Positions 40,863 through 51,590 of a stretch of DNA of 64,000 nucleotides are shown in pieces. Source of the DNA: Octopus sinensis (Eukaryota). Below the pieces are notes generated by a model. The model did no database searches and was not told the origin of the DNA. It saw only the letters and a program-made list of their open reading frames with translations. How positions within the stretch are numbered: the first letter of the stretch is position 1; every line of letters starts with the position of its first letter. The translations under genes and the position numbers were made by a program. Where the stretch lies: NCBI RefSeq assembly GCF_006345805.1, contig NC_043011.1:19728464-19792463 (forward strand), read 5' to 3'.

Positions 40863-41887
40863 ATTGATAGATATGTCGGTGCAATTTACAATTTGGGCCG
40901 GTATGACTTGTAGTTCATGGAATATTGCAAACAGGATCTCTGAGTTTCAGCGACAGGAAAACGCTATTCTGTGCTGCACACTGGACACATTTAGTGTAGC
41001 ACACTATTTAAGTTTGTTTCACACTCCAGCACCCCATGGTGGTACATAGATTTTTGCATTCTTTTATATTATGTTGCTTTAATTTTACCCAGACTATGAC
41101 TTCTGTGAGAGATGTGATTGTCTTACATAATCAACTGTCGATATCGTTTCAAGAGAAATTTTAATTATTGCGAAATACGGACCCTGAGGTTTCAGAGCTT
41201 AACCTATAAAATTATTTTATCAGAGGTTTATGATGTGCAGAAGTATAGGTTACAAATTCTGAAATCCTTCAGAGAGAGAGTGACTCTAAAAGCAAATTAC
41301 GATGAGAAGAATAATAAAATATGGTATGATTAAGATAGAATGGCTTTACTAATACCAGAGTGATAGTGGAAATGTCAGGCAGCTTAATAATAGAACGGGT
41401 TCAATTACTCTCGTGATGATTTCAGAGTGTCAAGAAGCATTCATGACATTCCCTTCAACAACATCTGCATATCAGGAAGATGTAACCAAGTCAAGGGAGT
41501 AAATGATGTTGCCAAGTTCGTTGTCAAAGAGCACATTTATTCTAACCAAATTTATAATAGCGATAAAATCGCATTATATCTGTGATGCATACAACAATTA
41601 AGAGTCCACGGGAGTCAAGCTACGTAAGTCTAAGCTTAACATCTTATGGGTGCTCAAAAGTATCGTGTACACTAGAGTGGAGCAAAAATTGCAAATTTCG
41701 GAATTAGTAACACGGAATCGATATTCTGTTCGAAATAAGAGTTAAAAGAAAAGTGTATAAAGAACTTTGCAGTTAAATGTTTCTCCTAGGTTCCGCAACA
41801 CAACTAGACTTTTTTTTAAATCACTATTTTTCGTCGAATTGGAGTATAAGTCGTAACAAATACATATGTCTACAAAGTAGAATGCAG

Positions 41888-41933
<46 letters not shown>

Positions 41934-42225
41934 GAGTAAATAATTTCTATAAAGGCTTTTAAAAAAACCCCAATTATTTACTGGTAGAATTCGGTATGTA
42001 AATATAGCCGATTACCGGCAGGAACTTCTGTAAAGTTCAGTATATATATTGTATATAAGAAAAAGGGACAGGCAAAACAGGTTGCTTGACCGCATACCGA
42101 AAAAATAGAAATAGCAGTCAAGAATGCTTATTTCTATCAAAGTTGGACTCCGGGCATGACAGACCCTGTAATTCACATATGCAAAACAGAAGGAATAGAT
42201 AACGAATACGAAGTCTGGCGGTTAT

Positions 42226-42338
42226 CTGTGAACATCATGTTTCTGCATTATAAACATATTGAATATATATTCCATATATATTTTTGATATATATTTCATA
42301 TACATTGCATATATATTTCACATCCTTCTTCAGCACAG
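42226..42338 (-). ncRNA. Hammerhead-like motif, mirror copy in the left arm
   Basis: Reverse complement of 43119-43231. Confidence 0.5.
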
Positions 42339-43118
42339 CTTTCCATTGAAAAAGATTTATCATAGATTTATCAAATGCTACGTACCTCAAACCTTCTGAC
42401 CATGCGACATCAAAATATTTGAAGAAAGTGAGCAAAAGCTAAACCTACATAGACGTTTGAATTCATAAATCTTCCCTCCAAAATTTTGCCATGCGCATTA
42501 CAAAAATAGTTCCATAAGATGGGGAACAATTAGGTTGTCAAAGGGAGTGAAAAATCCAAATAGTAATATAATAATAAGAGTAAATAATTTCTATAAAGGC
42601 TTTTAAAAAAACCCCAATTATTTACTGGTAGAATTCGGTATGTAAATATAGCCGATATTTACAGTCCAACTTTGATAGAAATAAGCATTCTTGACTGCTA
42701 TTTCTATTTTTTCGGTATGCGGTCAAGCAACCTGTTTTGCCTGTCCCTTTTTCTTATATACAATATATATACTGAACTTTACAGAAGTTCCTGCCGGTAA
42801 TCGGCTATATTTACATACCGAATTCTACCAGTAAATAATTGGGGTTTTTTTTAAAAGCCTTTATAGAAATTATTTACTCTTATTATTATATTACTATTTG
42901 GATTTTTCACTCCCTTTGACAACCTAATTGTTCCCCATCTTATGGAACTATTTTTGTAATGCGCATGGCAAAATTTTGGAGGGAAGATTTATGAATTCAA
43001 ACGTCTATGTAGGTTTAGCTTTTGCTCACTTTCTTCAAATATTTTGATGTCGCATGGTCAGAAGGTTTGAGGTACGTAGCATTTGATAAATCTATGATAA
43101 ATCTTTTTCAATGGAAAG

Positions 43119-43231
43119 CTGTGCTGAAGAAGGATGTGAAATATATATGCAATGTATATGAAATATATATCAAAAATATATATGGAATATATATTCAATA
43201 TGTTTATAATGCAGAAACATGATGTTCACAG
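43119..43231 (+). ncRNA. Type I hammerhead-like motif with expanded AT-rich stem II region
   Basis: Stem I CTGTG (43119-23) pairs with CACAG (43227-31). Core CTGAAGA at 43124-30 and GAAA at 43214-17. Stem III ACA-TGA-TGT, cleavage triplet GTT. The 83-nt stem II region has no convincing closing pair. Confidence 0.5.
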
Positions 43232-43399
43232 ATAACCGCCAGACTTCGTATTCGTTATCTATTCCTTCTGTTTTGCATATGTGGATTACAGGGTCTGTCA
43301 TGCCCGGAGTCCAACTTTGATAGAAATAAGCATTCTTGACTGCTATTTCTATTTTTTCGGTATGCGGTCAAGCAACCTGTTTTGCCTGTCCCTTTTTCT

Positions 43400-43445
<46 letters not shown>

Positions 43446-43456
43446 CAAAAATTTCT

Positions 43457-43797
43457 GGTCGTTGTTCGGTCCAAAATGTAATCTACAAATGCACTATAAT
43501 AACTTCTAACAGTAACTTCTTTTATCTTGGTTGTTCTATTAATTTTAAACAACGTATTAGCAATAATCTCTTTTCTTTCCGTTTGAAACATAAGGCAAGT
43601 TGCACTACACTATCTAGCAAAATTTGGGAACTTAAAACTAATAATATAGAATACAACCTAAAACGAGATATAGTTAGGAGGGCAAAACCTATGAAATTTT
43701 AAAGTATCGAAGTAATAAAAATCTACTAAATAATCGTGTAGAGTTAGGTCAGTCTTGCATTCGTTCAACAATTAGAACTTTCAAATATTTTGAATAG
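43457..43797 (+). pseudogene. Penelope-like element GIY-YIG endonuclease relic
   Basis: GRCSVQNVIYKCTII, then (frameshift) FFYLGCSINFKQRISNNLFSFRLKHKASCTTLSSKIWELKTNNIEYNL, then NLLNNRVELGQSCI. Matches the PLE endonuclease layout VIY..YIG...FK.R...H...LS..IW.LK...LLN.R.EL. Confidence 0.85.
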
Positions 43798-44944
43798 AAA
43801 TTTTAAGTTCTCCTAGTTTTACTAACTGTATCTTTTTAATATAATAATGATATGAGATATACTATACCAACCTCTAATTTACTTTTATAGTCAACTAAAT
43901 TAACCTTACTTTAATCTTGAAATTGCACATTTTCCCAATTCTATTCTAATTTTAACATTTAATACTATTCCCCAAGTTATAAAATTCTATATCTACTATA
44001 AATTAGATGAGATTTTGTTCCCCTACCCTTTGTAAAAGAATTTAATTGACCTCTGGACACTTAGATTTTTTCTCACCGCATAAAAATAAATAGCTTTCTG
44101 TTCTAGTGATAACCTTGATTTCCTTAATGTATTTTCTCTACTAACTTAAACACCTTTTATAGCTTTCTTTTATATACCCCTTACCTAAATTCCTACTAAA
44201 AATTCTGATGGCTTTCATTTGAAAGTAAGGTTTGGTCAGCTTCACAGTCTCCTAAGAATTTAGTGTTCCTTCCACACTGACCTAAATCTTCTGTCACCAC
44301 ATAAATAGATTGACCCTTTGTTCTAGTGACAATCTGTTTGTTTTTTACATCTCCTAAATGTTTTCCCTTCTTTTCTTCAACTAACTTGATTTCTTAACCT
44401 GCCCTTACCCCCATTCTTATAACTATGGACATTTGTCTTACAACAGTTAGTTGTGAATTTAATTTTGGTCTGGTTGGCATCCTAACTATACTAACTCATG
44501 TTCCTGAAATTCATATCTACATCTTTATCTGTATATTTACCTTCCCTAAGATGTTACTAATTGATTTGAGAACTTTAAATTATTGGAAAGCCTATATAAA
44601 ATTAGCTGAAGATTACTCGACATATTATATCTGCTGTAATATTTACAGCTTTTAATAAAATGCTATTGTATGAAACAATTGTACTAAATTACCGGATCCA
44701 TTCTTGTTGCTTATTTTTCATTATAATCACGCATATTTTATGGGTAATACCATAAAAAAATTCTGTCACTGAAACTTTGAGATCCTAATCGCAATGTTGC
44801 TTGAACTAAATGATAAAGTGGACCAAATTGTGAATTACGGTGACATATCTCTATCTCTATTTATCTATTTTTATTTTTATATCTGTCTGTCTACCTATCT
44901 AATTTAATATATTATGTTTATGAATATGTATATATATATGTTTA

Positions 44945-44994
<50 letters not shown>

Positions 44995-45329
44995 TGTATG
45001 TAGTATGTATATATGTATATATGTACAAACATTTTAATATCTATTAAAGTTTTAAAATTATATTTTATTTTATCTATTTATATAATTTATTATTGTTACA
45101 GTTGTTGTCATAGATATTATTATTATTATCATCATTATCATCACCATAATCATCACCATCGTCTTATATATATGTAAGTTTATAGTAGTAAGTAAAGGCA
45201 AGTGATTACGCAATGCAGGATAAGGTTATTTAATTTTATTTAGTTCAATCTAAATGTAGCTACATAACGAATGATAAAAGTACTACAAACTAGTAAAGAT
45301 GGTCTCCAGGATATCCAATGTATTGGAGA

Positions 45330-46430
45330 ATCCTATTGCGTGGAGACGCTGCATGATGGATATTCAACATTTAGCCGTTTTTAAGCAACACAATCACACA
45401 ATCATACAATCACATCTTGGACCACTGTTTTGACAGGAATTACTCTCCATTGATGGTGTTTATAGAAGATAGTTAACAAACACAATGGTTTTTGCACTCC
45501 AAAATACGGGGGTAATAATCATCTATGCAGATAAAAATATCTTGGTATTCGTTGGAGAAGATGAGGAATGTTTTTTCTCTTCCATCGATTGTCTATTTGT
45601 TTCTGATTCAAAGTGATGAAGCGAAACTCTTCTTGGAACAGAATCAGCCTAAAACAACGCCATTGTTATTTTTCGTGATGTGATCAGCTTGGTATGATTA
45701 TTATTAAGCGTCAGAAGAGGTGGCACCCACTGAGCAGAAACCGTAATGCCAAATTTATTGCGCATAATACACTCGACCCTCTCATGCAATATTCCTGTCA
45801 TCCTTGACCATGTGATGAACTGGATCAATTATTTGCTTGACGATGGCAGGTGGAGGACACCCAATCGTTGCAGCATGTTGAAAACTCAGTTTTCATCCTA
45901 AATTTAGTTTCGCACATTTCCACTCTTGATAAATCTACAGTTTCATTCCCTAATGTAGCAACCATATCAGCATGAATATCCTTGGGTGATAAGCCGTTTT
46001 CTGCAAGTAATTTTCTGCAAGTGAAGGCGCATTTCTCAGTGGTTTGAGCGTCGAGATTACGATCGTGAGGTTGTGTGTTCGAATTCCGGACCGGGCTGCA
46101 TGTTGTGTTCTTGAGCAAGACACTTTATTTTACCTTGTTCCCTCAGCTGTAGAAATGAGTTGTGACGTCACAGGTGCTAAGCTGTATCGGCCTTTTCCTT
46201 TCCCTTAGATAACACTGGTGGCGTGGAGAGGGGAGGCCGGCATGCATGGGCGACTGCTGGTCTTCCATAAACAACCTTGCCCGGACTTGTGCCTGGTGGG
46301 GGGGGGTAACTTTCTATGTGCAATCCCATGATCTGTGTCGTGACCGAAAGGGGTCTCAGAATTGATAACAGCACAATGCCAAATATTGAAGAGAATTTGT
46401 TACTAGATAGTTTTGAAAATTTCTTGTAAC
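45330..46430 (-). mobile_element. Decayed mariner, same family as 14555-15780, interrupted by a SINE
   Basis: CATGCTGATATGGTTGCTACATTAGGGAATGA is shared with about 14775-14805; relic VFWSAKTIVFVNYL motif. Confidence 0.75.
46021..46358 (+). mobile_element. tRNA-headed SINE nested in the mariner
   Basis: GTGAAGGCGCATTTCTCAGTGGTTTGAGCG...GTTCGAATTCCGGACCGGG head. Mariner sequence resumes on both sides. Confidence 0.8.
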
Positions 46431-46855
46431 AGCCATATGTCAATTTACCTGGAGAGGATAAAGTTATTAATAAAAGGAGTTGAAATTACTGCATGCAATA
46501 TTTCACGTCTCAAGTATCACTACTTCATAATTATCTTATGAACATTTCAGCCAAACCTCGTATATGCATAAATATACGTGTGTATTTGTGTGCGTGCGTG
46601 CGCGTGTGTATGAGTGCGCACGTATGTGTGTGGTTGAACGTTTTTGTTTGTGTGTGTGTACACATATGCAGTAAGTTATTAAATAGTCAGATGACATTAT
46701 TTTCTTAATAAAATATTTATAATTACATATTTTTAAATCTAATTCCATTTCTTACATATTTTTAATTAAATTCCATTGGAGGAAGCCTTCTAGGATGAAA
46801 AAAATTTATTGATATACATACTCACTTACACACACATATCTATGCATGTATACAT

Positions 46856-46900
<45 letters not shown>

Positions 46901-47699
46901 TGTGCATGTATGTATGTATGTACTTGAAGTGGCAAGGAAACGATTCAAGCCGTTCTAAATAATACATCTAACTCCTACTAAATTTGTCGACTCCTCTTTA
47001 CGAGTGAGTTTGTCCACTCACTCGTATATATAGGTATAAGTAAGTTTATCTTAACCTTTTTGATGCGACTCTGCTCTATACTGTGTCCACTATCTTCTCT
47101 AATTCCGTATTTTCCCTCTCACCGTTCTCTATCTGCCTCTGCCTCTCGCCTTCTATTTCTTTTTCTCTCTCGTTACTCACACATGATCATCGTTCATCTT
47201 TCTTTTCCTGACGTGACCGCCTTTCTTTCCGGCACGGATTTTCTAATGAGTGGACGTCTCCTATCCCTGTCTTCTATCTTTTCTCTTTGGAAAGGAAATA
47301 TATCTCTCATTCTTCACTATCTTTCCTCGTTCAGGTCTAACGGTCTCCATGTCTGTTTTCGTTTGGTTTCTACAGTCATGTCTCCACTGTCCCGTTTTTT
47401 TCTTAACTTTGTCATTCCATAAATCAAAAATGTTATTTTGGTATTCATGGGGACAACTATCTTCCAAGACGCATATTGTCGCTGATTGTTTGAAATGGGG
47501 AGAAAGGAGACAACTGACAATTTAAATGGCAGTCGTATAAGAAAAATCAATTTAGGAGTTTTTTTCAAACAAACCTCCCAATAAGAGCATCGCTAGAAAT
47601 TAGTGATGAGTTTAAAGCAACTGGAAATATTCCAATTGTTCGTCAGAAACATTTCAGATGATCGGGGACTCTCGAAACATACTGCCAGAGCTTAAGAGA

Positions 47700-48118
47700 A
47701 TCTGTGGAGTACGTGAATCATGAAATTGAAATTTCAAAATTAAGTATGCGTCGCTAATTATTAGAATATTTTTATTCCAAGTATTCTGAACTTTCACCTC
47801 AGGACTTATTTTTCCGGGGATACGTAACAGATAAATAATGCCGTACCAAACAGGCAACACTTTACCAATTGTGTTGAGTAATTGAGCAAGAATACGCACA
47901 AATACCGCGCAAAATGTTTCATGGTGGTTGTGGTTGCATTGGTGCGCAGTATTCTCAGTCTCTGGACTAGAATCATTACCAGTTTAAAAACAGTCGTTCA
48001 TAGAATAATTAAATTCTAATTGTTGATTCCATAAAATTTTCAAAATGTAATGTATTTTAATAAAACAGTAATACTTATACAATTTTAATTTGTGTCTACA
48101 TTTCATTGGACACACTGT
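47700..48118 (+). mobile_element. Tc1/mariner transposase C-terminal relic with right TIR
   Basis: LSPQDLFFRGYVTDK...ATLYQLC...IEQEYAQIP; ends TTTCATTGGACACACTG-TA. Confidence 0.7.
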
Positions 48119-48546
48119 ATATGTATATGCTTATATATTTGTATGCATATATATGTGTGAGAGTGAGTGTGTGCGTGTGGATACACTCATACATAGACAC
48201 AAACATACATTCATGTATTCATACATACATAACTATATGTAATATGCGTGTACTTGAATGTATATTTATGCAGATGTTTATCCAAAGAGAGAAAGAGAAA
48301 CATTGTGGAAAGTAAAGAGAGAGGGAAACAGTTATGAGTATATATAAATATAAAAGTGACGTTTGTGTATTCATTCATTCTTTATATTTTTTTTTACTAT
48401 TCTTCACGAAGATTGTTTCTCATTTATGTATTTACTGGAGCGAGTAACATTTGTCGTTGTTCATTTCCGGTGGTAAGCGGAAGATATACGTAAATATATA
48501 TATCTTCAGATAGCTTCGCTTGTTCCTGTATATGTCATGACTATGA

Positions 48547-48584
<38 letters not shown>

Positions 48585-49360
48585 TATATACACACACATA
48601 TGTGCATGTCAGATAATGGGACTATAATAAAAGAATAGATAAAAGCGCACTTATCGGGAGCTAAACACACATTAAAATATTTAAAATATTTTCTATTTAA
48701 ATGGATAACGTTTGAATAATCTAGAAAAGAATTAGATTGTTAAATGTTTGTCAACGTTCTAATTGGCTTTTATCAATTTATAGTGAAAGAAATTATATAT
48801 GTTTGTATGTGTACCTGAATATGTGTGTACATGTATGTATATATATATATATATATACACATAAATTTACATACTTACGTGTATGTGTGTATGTGTGTGT
48901 GCGCGTGTGCATGTGTGTATGTGTGTGTTTGTGTGACTGTGTGTATAATATGCATATATATAAATGTATATTTTTGTCATACTGATCAAATGAAGCGAAA
49001 ATCACAATATACAGTCCATAAAATACCGATGATCATAAATATATCAGCATGATACAATATTTTTCAATTATTTACCATACTTCTTGTAATTTTCGTTATT
49101 GTTGTTGTTTGAACAACAAAGCATACTTGTATAAATGATGTGTAATCAAAATCGTTCCACTTGTGCTACTACTTTACTTTTATTTCTGTTCAGGAGTATA
49201 TTTGGCAGGATATGCTTCTTTCCTCAGAAAATACTCTGAATAATAAATATAAAATTATTGTAATGCTTGCTTGACGTTGATTTATTTTCTTTAGCTGTCC
49301 TTTTCCAAAGATAAATTAGAAATTGCAAATCCGGTAAATATATATATATACATATATGTA

Positions 49361-49391
<31 letters not shown>

Positions 49392-49582
49392 TTGTGTGTG
49401 TTTGTGTGTGTGTATGTGATATAAATTATAAAAAAAACAACATTTTATCAAGTTAATAATGAAAAATTAAATTTATACCATTTAGAAAAATTATATATAG
49501 AAGGATTAAATATAAGATGAAACATATAACAATGATTAAGTAATGCGCAAAATAGTAAACAAAATGTATATATTGGGTAAAA

Positions 49583-49677
49583 TAACGACACGTGTTTCGT
49601 GGCTATATTTAAGAAATGATAATAATAATAATGATAGTAAAATCACTTCAATATAAATATAACCACTCTTCATGTTA
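49583..49677 (-). ncRNA. Near-canonical type I hammerhead motif with 12-bp stem II and an (ATT)n-containing loop
   Basis: Minus strand: TAAC-ATGAAGA-GTGGTTATATTT-[44-nt loop]-AAATATAGCCAC-GAAAC-ACGT-GTC-GTTA. Stems I, II and III can all pair. There is one core change, C3 to A. Confidence 0.65.
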
Positions 49678-49911
49678 AAAATAAAGAGAATAAATTAATT
49701 AATTAGATGAATTAATAAGTATACGTAAATAATCTTATAAAATACGAAATATCGAAGCAAATATATTCTTGCTTAAATAAAAAAAATAGAATAAAAAATA
49801 CGATAAAATTAATTAAAATATTTAAAACAAATATATATTATGTTTTGTGAAATTTGACTTAGTGTTTCTAAATTGAATTTTTACCTGTAAGCTTGGAATA
49901 ATATTCCTTCA

Positions 49912-49934
<23 letters not shown>

Positions 49935-49949
<15 letters not shown>

Positions 49950-50873
49950 CGCACTAAAATGGGATAAGAACGGAAAACATCCAAACAGGTGATACAAAAT
50001 AGGGACCACAAAATATCTAGACAGACGATACAGGGAAAACAAGGACGGGTCATTCGGAGTTTTCTATCCTCAATCGTTCTTGTCCCGTTTTTGTAATTTG
50101 TTATGTATAACATGTAGCGCCGTACGTACACTCTTGTCTCTTATATGTAAGTATATATATATATATACACATTTTCTGCGACTTTTTTATTCTTTGCATT
50201 CTTTCATACTTTCCTTCTTTCTATGAACCCTTTGGCACTACGTTCATTCGTTCTATCGTTCCCCCTCTCTCGCATTTCCTGGCCTTCACTTCATGTTCAC
50301 TTTCCTTCATTTTTTTCTCGCCCCTCCTTAATTCTTCTATCCCTCTGCCTCTACGTCTCTCTCTTCTCTCTCCACCGGTGTTCGACCAGGCCTGAAATGA
50401 CGTTCTTGGTTTGACTACCATCCGTGCAACATCAATATTTGTCCCTGTTCCTGTTATATCCTATGTTCGTGCCGTAAGTCCTTACTTCCCAACACGCCCA
50501 TTTGTATTTGTGCAACATTCTGTTTTTTTTTTCGTCCTTGTCTTCGTATGCATTCGCTGCTTACTTTCAAGGAAACTAAAGCTCTTAGCTTATTTTTTCT
50601 TTGGGGCTGCCCAGATTGGAACAATCGCGAGTATTACTAAGATAATCTGGAACTCGACTGAGGATAGAAAACTCCGAATTTCCGTCCTTGCTTTCCTTGT
50701 ATCGTCTGCTTGGATATTTTGTTGTCAAGTTTTCGTATCACCTAACTGCCAGGATGTTTTGCGTACTTTTTATATATAAAATGTAGCGTCGTAAGCACAC
50801 TTAGGCCTCTTATATATATATATATATATATATATAGGTATATGAAGTACACATACTTTTGGATTTGTAATGT

Positions 50874-50921
<48 letters not shown>

Positions 50922-51590
50922 CAATACAGATAAAGGGTGAAATATTAATTAATTTAATAAAATCAACAAATTTCACCGAGTAGTTTTTCGGCATGGAAAA
51001 GGACCATATTTGGTAAAATTATATATAATTATAACAATGAGTGTCTTTGCAACAGGTTGCTAGACCACATACCGTAAGTATTAGAAATAGCGGTAAGTAT
51101 GTGATAGAGATAGATAGATACGTAGGTAGGTAGGTTGGTAGGTAGGTAGGTAAGTAGGTATGTTGGTCTGTTGGTAGGTAGGTACGTACGTACGTACGTT
51201 ATAGGTCTGTATGTATGTATGTATGTATGTAGGTAGGTAGGTAGGTAGGTAGGTAGGTAGGTAGGTAGGAAGGTAAGTAGGTAGGTAGGTAGGTAGGTAG
51301 GTAGGTACATATAAGAAACCAAAGTGTTGATAAAGGAAATGAATCTCTGATTTTAATCCAGACACGTATGCGTCCCTAATTGACCGGACATTGTTTGATT
51401 TCGTTGTTTTTGTAACATAGTGAGTTACAAATACTGTTGTCTGTGGGACATATTTTTGTAGTAAAAGAAATAACAGTCGTCTGGCTGCTATTTCTAATAC
51501 TTTCGGTAAAGACAGTCATTGTTATAATTATATATATAGGTATATTATGTACTCATACTTTTGGATTTGTAATGTTATATATATATATGT
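49935..51590. repeat. Cluster of diverged inverted and direct repeat modules separated by (TA)n and (GTAG)n
   Basis: About 49975-50065 is inverted relative to about 50657-50760. About 51019-51090 is inverted relative to about 51487-51538. CATACTTTTGGATTTGTAATGTTAT occurs at 50852 and 51555. 51050-51090 resembles segment C of the 42-kb unit. Confidence 0.7.

Larger units (their letters stand above)
41924..43401. repeat. Head-to-head, circularly permuted duplication of a 644-bp unit bounded by (TA)n
   Basis: Left arm 41924-42656 has an 89-bp terminal direct repeat (period 644). Right arm 42663-43401 has a different 94-bp terminal direct repeat (period 645). 42056-42656 is the reverse complement of 42800-43401 with 2 differences seen by eye. 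The 66-aa ORFs 42235-42435(-) and 43022-43222(+) are identical. Confidence 0.95.

Noticed and set aside
42235-43222. Two identical 66-aa ORFs as a duplicated gene
   Set aside because: The identity follows from the DNA inverted repeat. The ORF starts at TTG, has no recognisable motif and is partly low-complexity.
47654-47685. Hammerhead at CAGATGA...GAAACATA
   Set aside because: The core U4 is missing, stem III cannot pair, and it lies next to Tc1-derived sequence; probably chance.
50655-50700. Hammerhead at CTGAGGA-TAGAAAACTCC-GAAT
   Set aside because: GAAA is replaced by GAAT and no consistent stem I or III could be formed.
51029-51365. (YLPT)n repeat proteins
   Set aside because: Translation of the (GTAG)n and (GTAT)n tetranucleotide repeats.
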